A stretch of 64,000 bases of DNA from Candidatus Sysuimicrobium tengchongense (GTDB lineage: Bacteria > Sysuimicrobiota > Sysuimicrobiia > Sysuimicrobiales > Sysuimicrobiaceae), in the NCBI GenBank assembly GCA_031460175.1, contig JAVKGW010000010.1, positions 15,127 through 79,126 of the forward strand. The letters run 5' to 3'. The notes beneath the pieces are model-generated. The model ran no database searches. It was not told the origin of the DNA and saw nothing but the letters and a program-made list of their open reading frames with translations. The stretch's first letter is position 1; each line of letters begins with the position of its first letter. Below are positions 10,301-18,794 of the stretch, piece after piece. Made by a program: the position numbers and the translations under genes.

Positions 10301-11692
10301 CATGGCGAGGAGGATGCCCGTGGCGCGGAACCGGATGGGGGCCTCCAGGCCCAGGGTCCGGACCACCTCCGCGGGAACGTCCCGGAGGGAAGCCGCCAGC
10401 ACGAAGCGCGGACCCGAGGGGTCCAGGAGAAAATCTCCCCGCACGACCCCGCCGGAGAGGGAGACGCGGAGATCCGAGAGCGCCACGAGCCCGGAGTCGT
10501 AGGCGAAGCGGGATTCCACGGCTTGCAGGGACTGCTCCGCCACCACGAGGGAAGGGGACCGGAAATGCCCGGTGAGGCGCAGGGCCTCTGGGGGGCCTAC
10601 TAGGCGCACCCGACCACCGAGCCGGCCCCGGACGGGCAACGGGGTCGGCAATAGGCGCCGCAGGAGGCGGGTATCCAACTCCCTGGCGAGGACGTCCAAA
10701 TCCAGGAAGCCCCCGCCTGCCAACGACGCCTCGCCCCGCACGGTGGCCACCCCCCCACCGACCCCCACCCGGAGCCCCTGGAGCTCCAGCCTGGAGGTGG
10801 TGAGCCGGACGGGACCGTCCGCGACGATCCGGATGCCCTCGGGGAGGAAGGAAAGGCTCAGCGCCCGGAGCCGGAGGCTCCCACTCCAGTCCGTGCGGCC
10901 ACCTCCGCCCCTGTACAGCCGCACGGAACCGGAGACGTACCCTCCCTCCCACCGCACCCTGGGATGGGGCACGAGATAGGCTCCCCACGGGCGCGCGGGG
11001 ACCTCCTCCGCCCGCACTTCCAGGTCCAGGGCGCCCGCATCCCCGCGGATCCAACCCCTTGTCTCCACGGACGCGGGCTGCCGGGCAAGGGCCCGCCCGC
11101 GGAGGGAGAGCCGCACCAGGGGGAAGTCCTGCAGGAGGAATTCTCCGGACAGATCCTCCAGGGAGGCCCGGAAGGCAGGACGCCGGGAGGTGTCGAGGAG
11201 GTGCACCCGTCCCCCTCGGATGGCTACGGTTCCGGTGAAGGCCGGTTGCGCCGGGCCCGCGGGAGGCGCCCGGAGGAACAGGTCCTCGAGGTTCCACCGA
11301 CCCCTCTGATCCCGCTCCAGCAGGAGGAAAGGCCGTGTCAGGACGACCCGGCGCACCGCGGGCAGAACCCTCCGGGGACCCCACAGGAGGTCCTGGAGGA
11401 GGGCGTGCGGATCGAACTCCACGGTGACGCGGGGGATCTCCAGGAAGACGCCTTCCCGCAAGCTCCGACCGCGGGCCACCCGGACCTTCTCTGCCACCAC
11501 CCCGTGCCAGGGAATCCCCCGGAGGGAGCGGATCCTCACCTCCCGCCGGAGCGCTTGAGCCAGGGCACGCTCCGCGGCGTCCCGGACCGCTTCCTCCAAG
11601 GCGCCGCTGCGCACCAGGTAGACCCCGCTCCCGACCAGACCGAGGAACCCCGCACCGAGAAGGAACCCGATCCCGAGCAGGAGGCGTCGCAT
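7373..11692 (-). CDS. tamB: translocation and assembly module protein TamB (DUF490/AsmA-like), 1439 aa
   Basis: Single N-terminal TM (MRRLLLGIGFLLGAGFLGLVGSGVYLV), then more than 1300 aa of repetitive beta-rich sequence ending in the DUF490-like tail ...LQFIWSLEYRFSPNLALTLTYDTRNIWLVFLRSRFVW. It lies immediately upstream of bamA. Confidence 0.85.
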   Translation of the reverse strand: MRRLLLGIGFLLGAGFLGLVGSGVYLVRSGALEEAVRDAAERALAQALRREVRIRSLRGIPWHGVVAEKVRVARGRSLREGVFLEIPRVTVEFDPHALLQDLLWGPRRVLPAVRRVVLTRPFLLLERDQRGRWNLEDLFLRAPPAGPAQPAFTGTVAIRGGRVHLLDTSRRPAFRASLEDLSGEFLLQDFPLVRLSLRGRALARQPASVETRGWIRGDAGALDLEVRAEEVPARPWGAYLVPHPRVRWEGGYVSGSVRLYRGGGGRTDWSGSLRLRALSLSFLPEGIRIVADGPVRLTTSRLELQGLRVGVGGGVATVRGEASLAGGGFLDLDVLARELDTRLLRRLLPTPLPVRGRLGGRVRLVGPPEALRLTGHFRSPSLVVAEQSLQAVESRFAYDSGLVALSDLRVSLSGGVVRGDFLLDPSGPRFVLAASLRDVPAEVVRTLGLEAPIRFRATGILLAMGGPEGVWVQGALRTGPGEAFGVPFRGLDAAFAYGEGRLRLGAATADLGEAWLGVQGTVSTAGTLDLFAVTRNVPLSRVGTLLGLKVPVEGRLDFAGRIGGTVVDPRGEGRVRVEGGKMGPIRFQEGVAGLVFTRRTLQLRGVSVRDGEDVYRMEGEVGLGGEGRLDLLVRTEGAEVGRLGRFLELPVPVTGEVSGVVRVWGTTRHPRVEGVLRLRDAAVAGERVRAARAHVRWEAARLAIEDLQAETDRGDLRLAGQVGPEQVELDFSLHGLRLEEVGALRVPSIQVQGSVDLVGTVRGTPRQPVVSAEVRSRDLALNGLRFGTAGGVVSWRPGVLALGPLEMARGSERYTLEGTVRLEEIPTLDLQLRTESGRLGTLLRLSRSPLSADGDLTGRLTLRGPMEDLTATLALALVDGHLGGYPIRRAAGELQLQGRAVTVRSLELEARQGVIRAQGTFNLTGETDIELSGEGIELEALRALTGIRTPLLGTLDFTLQLSGTRQEPVAGLSLEAREVGIAGVQVDRVLGQAYYREGELVLEQVLAEKSGYRARAAGRLPLRSGSLRVDPSRPLSLEASTDRVDLGILHLWFPHLVEAASGVLTAHLRVSGTPDSPRWEGEAGVADGRVQFRAFRPALEGVSGRIRFDGQVARLEDLHGRLGEGVVEASGELAFQALRPDQVHLSLTASQARMQTPVYRGLVDARLLLEGPVQQPRLGGRVTLRAGEVILPMAEGGGVPGRTGFVPLRLDLELVAGEGLFAVAGPVRLAVSGRLHLAGSPARPELEGTVTGRDGEFTALGRTFRVESASAQFQRFRGTTPFVSARARTEVQGVTVFANLEGPPGDLQVQLTSDPPLPPERLGALLAGEVGLPSAVRGDVEELLRQQLSRLVLGEFAARVRRALGLEELRIEYDSERPLRLRVGGLLLQNLYLALTTTFTDPLQFIWSLEYRFSPNLALTLTYDTRNIWLVFLRSRFVW

Positions 11693-11714
11693 GAACGCCC
11701 GCGTGGGAGGTCCC

Positions 11715-13478
11715 TCACTCCACCACGATGGGGATCACCACCTCGCCCCGCACCACCCAGTCCGTGGGCAGGATCTCTCCCGCGAACGCATCGAAGTAGA
11801 TGAAGCGCTTGGCGGGATCGTCGGAGGGCGGGATCCCCGCGGGGATCAGCTGGAGGAGCACGTCCGTGTTGCGCCCGAAGCGCTCGAAGAACTCCAGTTC
11901 CTGATCTAGGCTGTCGAACCGCGTGGGCTGCGGTTCTCCCGCGGTCCTGCTCAGCAGAAGGCTTGTGGGATCCACGGTCTCCCGGGAGCTGCCGGCGCTG
12001 CCGGCCACCAGGAGGGCCGGGCCCTTTGGGAAGTTCTCGGGGACCTGGATCTCCACCACCCGGGTGCGCTCCTCCTCCTGGAAGGGCCGCAGGCGGATCC
12101 GCACCCGGAGCCTTCCGCCCTGCGGAACCGTCCGGCTCTCCGCCTGTACCTCCACCACGGAGGCGATGCGGGGCCGGCGGGTAAGCACCACCTCCACGGA
12201 GAGGTCTACGGGCTCCAGGGGAGCGAACTCGTTGTGGAACAGGATGCGGACCGCCTCCACCACGTCCAGCACCGCGGCGGCGGCCACATCCCGGGCGCTG
12301 TAGACCCGGTTCGTGCGCTCCAGAAGCCTCGGGAGCCCCTGCGCCCGGGCCGTGATCCGCACCTCTGCGGTCCCTCCTCCGGAGGCGTCCCACGCCCGCT
12401 CGATGCCGGAGAGCACCACCGTGGGGATGAAGGCCTGGGCGAGGTCCCGGCGGCGGACCATGTGGGTTCCCAGCCTGACGCTGCGACCTCCATCCTGATC
12501 CACCACCCGGACCACCACGTTGAACACCCGGGGGAGGCGTCCCAGCTCCCCACCGATGCCGGCCGCGCGATCCTGCGTCACCGTGCCGACCGCGCTCCCG
12601 AGATCCCCTTCCTTGAAGGACATCTCCAGGCCTCGCACCACCGTGTGGATGTAGGCGGTGGTGAGCAGGTACGCGCTCTCCCCCGAGCCCAGCATCTGGT
12701 GGCCGAAGGCGAGGAATTGCGGGCCGCGCCGGTACGTGAGGGTCCCAAAGGTGACGAAGTTCACGTCTCCCCGGGCCAAGGCCACGCCCACCGCGCTCCC
12801 GGGAACGAGGGGCGCTTCCGGGAACCGGCCGATCCCTCCGTAGCCCTGGACGGGGACCACGGGAAGGCTGCGGAGGGAGGCCCGCAGGAGGCGGAAGGCC
12901 CGCTCGCCGAGCCCGGAGGCCACGAGGGGGGTTGCCACGGGTGCGAAGGCGGGGATCCCCGTACGGGCGGAAGCCGCCCGGCCGGAGGCCACATCCCGGG
13001 CGATGAGGACCCGATCCACGATGCGGGCTTCTAGCTGCAGCGGCCGATCCAACCGTGCAAGGCCGGGACGGCCCTCGGAACGCCGCCCTGCCTCCAGGAT
13101 TTCCAGCATCCGCTCGATGGGCGTGAATAGCCCCAGGTTCTTGTCCGGTCCCGCGAACACGTAGCTGTAGGAAAGCGCGCCCGCGAGCCGGCCCCCGATG
13201 TACATGGGGCTTCCGCTCATCCCCGCCGCCACCCCGCCCGCCTGCTCGATCACGGGCCCGTAAGCCCGGAAGAGCACGAGGCGCCCCGAAGGTCCGTCCG
13301 TGGTCCCCAGGACCTCGAAGGGGAACTCCTCCACCCGCGTGCCCCGGATCACCGTCCGGCCCACCCCCCGCATCCCGGGCCGGATCTCCGCAAGCCGCAT
13401 GAACTCCTCCTGCCCCGCGGCAAGGGTGCCAGGGAGGGCGAGGATCACGGCCACCAGCACCCACCCGCATCTCTTCAT
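11715..13478 (-). CDS. secreted peptidase S55 (SpoIVB-like) family protein with long C-terminal extension
   Basis: Signal peptide MKRCGWVLVAVILALPGTLAAG. A GMSGSPMYIGGRLAGAL motif (SpoIVB catalytic-Ser signature) at about residue 88 and GTLTYRRGPQFLAFGHQM (SpoIVB His-region signature) at about residue 240. About 300 further residues of unknown function follow. Confidence 0.6.
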   Translation of the reverse strand: MKRCGWVLVAVILALPGTLAAGQEEFMRLAEIRPGMRGVGRTVIRGTRVEEFPFEVLGTTDGPSGRLVLFRAYGPVIEQAGGVAAGMSGSPMYIGGRLAGALSYSYVFAGPDKNLGLFTPIERMLEILEAGRRSEGRPGLARLDRPLQLEARIVDRVLIARDVASGRAASARTGIPAFAPVATPLVASGLGERAFRLLRASLRSLPVVPVQGYGGIGRFPEAPLVPGSAVGVALARGDVNFVTFGTLTYRRGPQFLAFGHQMLGSGESAYLLTTAYIHTVVRGLEMSFKEGDLGSAVGTVTQDRAAGIGGELGRLPRVFNVVVRVVDQDGGRSVRLGTHMVRRRDLAQAFIPTVVLSGIERAWDASGGGTAEVRITARAQGLPRLLERTNRVYSARDVAAAAVLDVVEAVRILFHNEFAPLEPVDLSVEVVLTRRPRIASVVEVQAESRTVPQGGRLRVRIRLRPFQEEERTRVVEIQVPENFPKGPALLVAGSAGSSRETVDPTSLLLSRTAGEPQPTRFDSLDQELEFFERFGRNTDVLLQLIPAGIPPSDDPAKRFIYFDAFAGEILPTDWVVRGEVVIPIVVE

Positions 13479-13565
13479 CCGATCGACCCTCCAGCTCCCT
13501 CAAGATGCCCCCGGAGCGCTCCTCCGCGGTGGCTCCATGCCATCACGGGCCTCTCGGTGCGGAGG

Positions 13566-13874
13566 TCACCGCGGCGCGAGGCGCACCACGGGATCGCCGA
13601 TCTGGATCCGCTGTCCTGCGCGTACCAGGACCTCTGCCACCACCCCGTCCCGGGGAGCGCGCGCCGCCACCTCCCGGGGCTTGGTGCTGGTGCGGACGTA
13701 GACCAGCGGATCCCCCTCCCTCACCCGCTCTCCCGCGGAGACGACTTCCACCACCACGCCGCCGATGGTGGCCCGTACGAGGTCCGGATCCGGGGAGGGG
13801 AGGGAAGCCGCGTCCGTCAGCCGGGCCCAGCCCGGGATCCCCAAAATCAACGCCAAAACCGCCGCGCGCCGCAT
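13566..13874 (-). CDS. small exported biotin/lipoyl-attachment-like (hybrid barrel) domain protein
   Basis: ATG at 13874 ('cat' at 13872-13874). MRRAAVLALILGIPGWA signal, then ATIGGVVVEVVSAGERVREGDPLVYV...GVVAEVLVRAGQRIQIGDPVVRL, resembling a biotinyl/lipoyl-type barrel. The ORF-table start at 13892 is a TTG. Confidence 0.45.
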   Translation of the reverse strand: MRRAAVLALILGIPGWARLTDAASLPSPDPDLVRATIGGVVVEVVSAGERVREGDPLVYVRTSTKPREVAARAPRDGVVAEVLVRAGQRIQIGDPVVRLAPR

Positions 13875-13888
13875 GGCCCTCTCCTCCG

Positions 13889-15073
13889 TCAACGGACCTC
13901 CCGGGTCGCCGGTTCCCCCGCGAGCGGGGAGGCGGGGTCGAAGGGCTCCGGAAGGCGGTCCGAAAGCCCGAAGTGCACCCGCAGGATCTGGCGGATGCGC
14001 ACCGCGGCCCGGCCGTCCCCGTAGGGATTGGTGGCATTCGCCATCCGGGCGTGAGCCTCGGGGTCCCGAAGCAGCCGGCTCGCCTCCTCCACGATGCGGT
14101 CCGGATCCGTTCCCACCAACTTCGCAACTCCCGCCTCGATCCCCTCCGGCCGCTCCGTGGTCTCCCGGAGCACGAGGACGGGGGTGCCGAAGGTGGGAGC
14201 CTCCTCCTGCACCCCTCCCGAGTCCGTGAGGATGAGGTAGGCCCGGCGCTCCAGGGCCACGAAGGGGCCGTAGTCCGGAGGATCCAGGAGGTGCACCCGA
14301 GCCAGATCCCGGAGCTCGCGGAACGCCACCTCCCGGACCACGGGATTCCGGTGCACGGGGAAGACCACCTCCACGTCCTCAAACCGCTCCACGAGGACGC
14401 GTACCGCCGCACAGATGCGCCGGAGGGGCTCCCCCCAGTTCTCCCGGCGGTGGGCGGTGACCAGGATCATGCGGGCATCCGGGCGCACGGGCAGCCCGGG
14501 ATCGGGGGAGGGGTCCCGCGTGGTGATCCACCGGAGGGCATCGATCACCGTGTTGCCCGTCACGTGGATGCGATGGGCCTCCACCCCCTCCCGGAGCAGG
14601 TTCTGGCGGGCGATGGGCGTGGGGGCGAAGTGGAGGTCCGCCAGAACCCCGGCCATGCGACGGTACATCTCCTCGGGGAAGGGGTGGTACTTGTTGCGGG
14701 TGCGCAACCCCGCCTCCACGTGGGCGACGGGCACCCGGTGGTAGAAGGCCGCGAGGGCCCCGCAGAAGCTGGGGGCCGCATCCCCCTGCACCAGCACCAT
14801 CTCGGGCCGCACCCGGCGGATGCACGCGTCCAGACCCTCCAGGGTACGGGCGGTGACCTCCGTGAGGGTCTGACGGGGCCGCATCACGTTGAGGTCCACG
14901 TCCGGGGTGAGGTGAAAGAGTCGCAGAACCTGGTCCAGCATCTCCCGGTGCTGGGCGGTGGCCACCAGGACGGGGGCGAAGGCGGGATCTGCCCGCAGCT
15001 CGAGGACCACGGGCGCCATCTTCACCGCATCCGGTCGGGTGCCCACCACCACGAGGAGAGGAATCGGCCGCAT
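13889..15073 (-). CDS. wecB: UDP-N-acetylglucosamine 2-epimerase (non-hydrolysing)
   Basis: MRPIPLLVVVGTRPDAVKMAPVV...DSGGVQEEAPTFGTPVLVLRETTERPEGIEAGVAKLVGTD is a WecB/MnaA signature across the full length. ATG at 15073. Confidence 0.9.
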   Translation of the reverse strand: MRPIPLLVVVGTRPDAVKMAPVVLELRADPAFAPVLVATAQHREMLDQVLRLFHLTPDVDLNVMRPRQTLTEVTARTLEGLDACIRRVRPEMVLVQGDAAPSFCGALAAFYHRVPVAHVEAGLRTRNKYHPFPEEMYRRMAGVLADLHFAPTPIARQNLLREGVEAHRIHVTGNTVIDALRWITTRDPSPDPGLPVRPDARMILVTAHRRENWGEPLRRICAAVRVLVERFEDVEVVFPVHRNPVVREVAFRELRDLARVHLLDPPDYGPFVALERRAYLILTDSGGVQEEAPTFGTPVLVLRETTERPEGIEAGVAKLVGTDPDRIVEEASRLLRDPEAHARMANATNPYGDGRAAVRIRQILRVHFGLSDRLPEPFDPASPLAGEPATREVR

Positions 15074-15076
15074 CCG

Positions 15077-16198
15077 CTAGGTTCGGGAGACCTCGGATCC
15101 GCGGGTCGGCGTGCGGTGCAGGAGTCCCAGCCGCCAGGCAGAGACCCAGAGGCTACCCCCCAAAACGAGGGCCAGCAGGACGGAGATCTCGGGCCGCACG
15201 CTCCCCGCGATCCACAAGGCGAGGACGGCGAGGAGCGCGGAAAGCCCGTACAGCAGGAACACCGTCTGGCGCTGCGAGAGTCCCCGGTCCAGAAGCCGGT
15301 GATGGAGGTGTTCCCGATCTGGCTGGAACACCGGTACCCCCTTGCGCACCCGTCGCACTATGGCCAAGGCGGTGTCGAGAATGGGAATCCCCATGGCCAC
15401 GAGCGGGACCGCCAGGCTGATCACGGTGAGAGTCTTGAACATCCCCACCACGGAGATGGCGCCCAGGAGGTAGCCCAGCAGCAGGGCTCCCCCGTCGCCC
15501 ATGATCACCCGGGCGGGGTTGAAGTTGTAGCGCAGAAAGCCCACGCAGCTTCCGACCACCGCGGCGCACAGCACCGGGATCCCCGGCCCGCTCCGCAGGG
15601 CCGTGGCCGCGGCGAAGAAGGTGGCCGCCACGATGGCCGCGATCCCTGCCGCGAGCCCATCCACCCCGTCGATGGAGTTCATGGCGATGGCCGCGGACCC
15701 CACCCAGGCCACGGTGAACAGCTGGCCCAGCACCCCGAGGGGCACCAGCTTCCCGGTGAGCGGGTTGGTGAGGAAGGGGGTGGTGACGCCGAAGAGCACA
15801 GGGATGGCGGCCGCGAGATAGATCAGGGGGAACTTGGTGCGGCCCGGAAGCTGCCGGAGGTCGTCCACCACCCCCAGGGCGGTGATCGCCACGGCCCCCA
15901 GGACCACGCCCAACAGCCGCCCGTCCACGGGGCCATAGGGGATCGCCAGCACGAAATGCTTCGGCTCCCGCACCAGGGCGATGGGGCCCGGAAGGGGCAG
16001 GGTGAGGAGCGCGGAGAGGAAGATCCCGCAGAAGAGGGCGACCCCGCCCAGGCGCGGGAGGGGCCTGCGGTTGATGCGCCGGCCGCCCGGGTAATCCACG
16101 GCTCCCGTGCGGCGGGCGATCCAGCGGGCGGTGGGCGTGGTCCAGTAGGTGACGAACCAAGCGACCACGGCGCTCACCACGTACGGCGGGATGAACAT
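15077..16198 (-). CDS. wecA: UDP-GlcNAc:undecaprenyl-phosphate GlcNAc-1-phosphate transferase (WecA/TagO, MraY family)
   Basis: Polytopic membrane protein with MraY/WecA motifs (NSIDGVDGLAAG, DDLRQL, VIMGDGGALLLGYLLG). ATG at 16198 with AGGAGG RBS. Confidence 0.85.
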   Translation of the reverse strand: MFIPPYVVSAVVAWFVTYWTTPTARWIARRTGAVDYPGGRRINRRPLPRLGGVALFCGIFLSALLTLPLPGPIALVREPKHFVLAIPYGPVDGRLLGVVLGAVAITALGVVDDLRQLPGRTKFPLIYLAAAIPVLFGVTTPFLTNPLTGKLVPLGVLGQLFTVAWVGSAAIAMNSIDGVDGLAAGIAAIVAATFFAAATALRSGPGIPVLCAAVVGSCVGFLRYNFNPARVIMGDGGALLLGYLLGAISVVGMFKTLTVISLAVPLVAMGIPILDTALAIVRRVRKGVPVFQPDREHLHHRLLDRGLSQRQTVFLLYGLSALLAVLALWIAGSVRPEISVLLALVLGGSLWVSAWRLGLLHRTPTRGSEVSRT

Positions 16199-16206
16199 GC
16201 TCCCTC

Positions 16207-17178
16207 CTAAAGGATCACCTCCGCGGGCTGCGGCTCCTCCAACAGCTCGCTCACGGAGGTGTTCTCGTGGATGCTCAGGATGGCTTCCGCCACCAGGCGG
16301 GCGATGGAGATCACCCGGATCTTCTCGATGCGCTTGTGGGGCGGGATGGGGATGGAGTCCGTGACCACCAGCTCCCGGATGGGACTCGCCTGGATGCGAT
16401 CCACCGCGGGATCCGAGAGCACGGGGTGGGTGCAGCAGGCATAGATCTCCGCCACCCCGCGACGGACCAACGCCTCCGCGGCGGCCACGAGGGTTCCCGC
16501 GGTGTCCACGATGTCGTCGACCAGGATGGCGGTGCGCCGGTACACCTTCCCGATCACGTGTACGATCTCGCTCACCTGGTTGGGCTGTTCCCGGCGCTTA
16601 TCGCAGACCGCCACGGGAGCCCCGATGGCCCGGGCGAAGTCCCGGGCCCGCTTGAGGCCCCCGATGTCGGGGGAGACCACCACCACGTTGGCTAGGCCCT
16701 TGCGGAGGAAGTAGTCCGCGAAGAGGTTGCGGGCGGTGAGGTGGTCGAGGGGGATGTCGAAAAAGCCCCCCACCTGCCCCGCGTGAAGATCCACGCAGAG
16801 GATGTGGTCCGCGCCCGCCCGCACAAGGAGGTTCGCCACCAGCTTCGCGGAGATGGGTTCCCGGGGGCCCAGCTTCCGGTCCTGGCGGGCGTACCCGAAG
16901 TAAGGGATCACCGCCGTGATGCGACGGGCGGAGGCCCGCCGCAGGGCGTCCAGAATTACCAGGGCCTCCACCAGGTTCTCGTTCACGGGTGGGCAGGTGG
17001 GCTGGAGGAGGAAGCAGTCCCGCCCCCGCACGCTCTCGTCGATCCGCACCCGGACCTCCCCGTCCGGAAAGCGGGAGACCACCATCTCCGCGAGCGGCAC
17101 GTCGAGGTGCGCGGCCACCCTGCGGGCCAGGGCCACGTTCGCGGTACCGGCGAAGAGCTTGGGGGGGTCCTGCCTCAT
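16207..17178 (-). CDS. prs: ribose-phosphate pyrophosphokinase
   Basis: A 323-aa product from the internal Met of ORF 16207..17676 (MRQDPPKLFAGTANVALARRVAAHL...DLHAGQVGGFFDIPLDHL...VDDIVDTAGTL). ATG at 17178 overlaps the glmU stop. Confidence 0.92.
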   Translation of the reverse strand: MRQDPPKLFAGTANVALARRVAAHLDVPLAEMVVSRFPDGEVRVRIDESVRGRDCFLLQPTCPPVNENLVEALVILDALRRASARRITAVIPYFGYARQDRKLGPREPISAKLVANLLVRAGADHILCVDLHAGQVGGFFDIPLDHLTARNLFADYFLRKGLANVVVVSPDIGGLKRARDFARAIGAPVAVCDKRREQPNQVSEIVHVIGKVYRRTAILVDDIVDTAGTLVAAAEALVRRGVAEIYACCTHPVLSDPAVDRIQASPIRELVVTDSIPIPPHKRIEKIRVISIARLVAEAILSIHENTSVSELLEEPQPAEVIL

Positions 17179-18542
17179 CTTTCCGACTTCGGTTTCACGG
17201 TACGGATCACCCGCGCGGGAACACCCACCGCCACCGCGCCCGGCGGGAGGTCGTGGGTCACCACCGTCCCGGCTCCCGTCACCGCCCCCGCACCCACCCG
17301 CACCGGGGCCTGGAGCATGGTATCGCTTCCGATGAAGGCGCCGTCCTCGATCACCGTCTGCTGCTTTCCAGCTACACCATACCGCAGATTGCAGGTCACC
17401 GTCCCTGCCCCGATGTTCACCTCCCGCCCGACCTGGGCATCCCCCAGATAGGAGACATGGTGGACCTTCGTGCGATCCCCGATCCGCGCGTTCTTCAGCT
17501 CCGCGAAGTTCCCCACTTCCACGCCCCGGCCCAGCACACACCCGGGCCGCAGGTGCGCGTACGGACCGACCCGGGAGCCCTCCCCGATCTCGCTGTGCTC
17601 CACCACGGACCACCACACCCGGACCCCGTCTCCCAGGCGGGCGGAGATGAGGTGCGCTCCCGGACCGAGGGTGCACCCCTGTCCTATCACGGTCTCCCCC
17701 TCGATCACGGTGAACGGGTGGATCACGGTGTCCGGGCCGATCCGGGCCCGGGGGTCCACGTAGGTGGTGGCGGGGTCTATGACCGTGACCCCGGACGCCA
17801 TCAGTTCCTCAAGGACCCTCCGGCGCAGCGCCGCCTCCGCCTGGGCGAGCTCCTTCCTCGTATTGATGCCCATAACCTCCTCCCCCCCTTCCACCCGCAG
17901 GATCCCCACCCGGCTTCCTCCCTCCCGAAGAAGCCGGAAGGCGTCGGTGAGATAATACTCCCCCTGGGCGTTGTCCGCACGGAGGTGGGGCAAGACCTCC
18001 CGTAACCCCCTCGCCTCGAAGCACCCGACCCCCGTATTCACCTCCTGGACGGCCCGCTCCTCCGGTGCCGCATCCGCCTCCTCCACGATCCGGTCAAAGG
18101 CACCATCCGAACTCCGGATCACCCGGCCGTAGCCCCTGGGGTCCGGAAGCAGGGTGCTCACCAGGGTGGCCGCGTTGCCCTCCGCCCGGTGTCGTTCCAG
18201 GAGCAGCCGGAAGACCTCCGTGCGTACGAGGGGGGTGTCCCCGTAGACCACGATCACGGGGCCCTCGAACCCCTCCAGGTGGGGCAGGGCGCAGGCCACC
18301 GCATGTCCCGTGCCGAGGGGATGGGCCTGAACCGCCACGGACACTTCCTCCGGGAGCGCCGCCCGCACAAGCTCCGCGCCCTCGCCCACCACCACCACGA
18401 GGGGGCCTTGCACCACGGGCCGCAGGGCTTCGAGGACATAGAGGACCATGGGGCGGCCGCAGAGCGGGTGGAGGACCTTGGGGAGCCGGGAGCGCATGCG
18501 CTTGCCCTTCCCCGCGGCCAGGACCACCGCCGCCACACTCAT
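17175..18542 (-). CDS. glmU: bifunctional GlcNAc-1-P uridyltransferase / GlcN-1-P acetyltransferase GlmU
   Basis: MSVAAVVLAAGKGKRM... nucleotidyltransferase N-domain plus a C-terminal hexapeptide-repeat acetyltransferase domain. ATG at 18542 (the ORF-table start at 18548 is TTG). It has the classic Firmicute glmU-prs order. Confidence 0.9.
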   Translation of the reverse strand: MSVAAVVLAAGKGKRMRSRLPKVLHPLCGRPMVLYVLEALRPVVQGPLVVVVGEGAELVRAALPEEVSVAVQAHPLGTGHAVACALPHLEGFEGPVIVVYGDTPLVRTEVFRLLLERHRAEGNAATLVSTLLPDPRGYGRVIRSSDGAFDRIVEEADAAPEERAVQEVNTGVGCFEARGLREVLPHLRADNAQGEYYLTDAFRLLREGGSRVGILRVEGGEEVMGINTRKELAQAEAALRRRVLEELMASGVTVIDPATTYVDPRARIGPDTVIHPFTVIEGETVIGQGCTLGPGAHLISARLGDGVRVWWSVVEHSEIGEGSRVGPYAHLRPGCVLGRGVEVGNFAELKNARIGDRTKVHHVSYLGDAQVGREVNIGAGTVTCNLRYGVAGKQQTVIEDGAFIGSDTMLQAPVRVGAGAVTGAGTVVTHDLPPGAVAVGVPARVIRTVKPKSER

Positions 18543-18589
18543 GTCCAACCTTCCGTATTGACCGCCGGAGATCCGGCCGGTAAGGTTTT

Positions 18590-18765
18590 GGTGGCCTCGC
18601 CGGGCGCGGGGCTGAGGGGAGTAACCGGCGGCGGCTTACGGCGTGGTGCCGAAGCCGGCGTGGTCCGATCGTCAGGACGGCGGCCGAGGTGGTCGCCCGG
18701 TCGGGCCTGTGGTGCGGCTGCACGGTGAGACCTCCGGCGTTGCTGCCGGAGGTCTTTTGTTTTGC
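18590..18765 (+). ncRNA. candidate yybP-ykoY (Mn2+) riboswitch with terminator-type expression platform, leader of the TerC gene
   Basis: A 200-nt untranslated plus-strand leader contains GGGGAGUA (18616-18623), ...UCGUCAGGAC..., GGUGAGACC (18724-18732) and GGUCUUUUGUUUUG. These match the conserved strands of the yybP-ykoY motif, which typically precedes TerC/MntP genes. The 3' end forms a GC hairpin (gacctccggc/gccggaggtc, 18729-18754) followed by UUUUGUUUUG. Confidence 0.5.
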
Positions 18766-18794
18766 GCCCTCTATCCGGCAGGCGGAGCGGGGAG

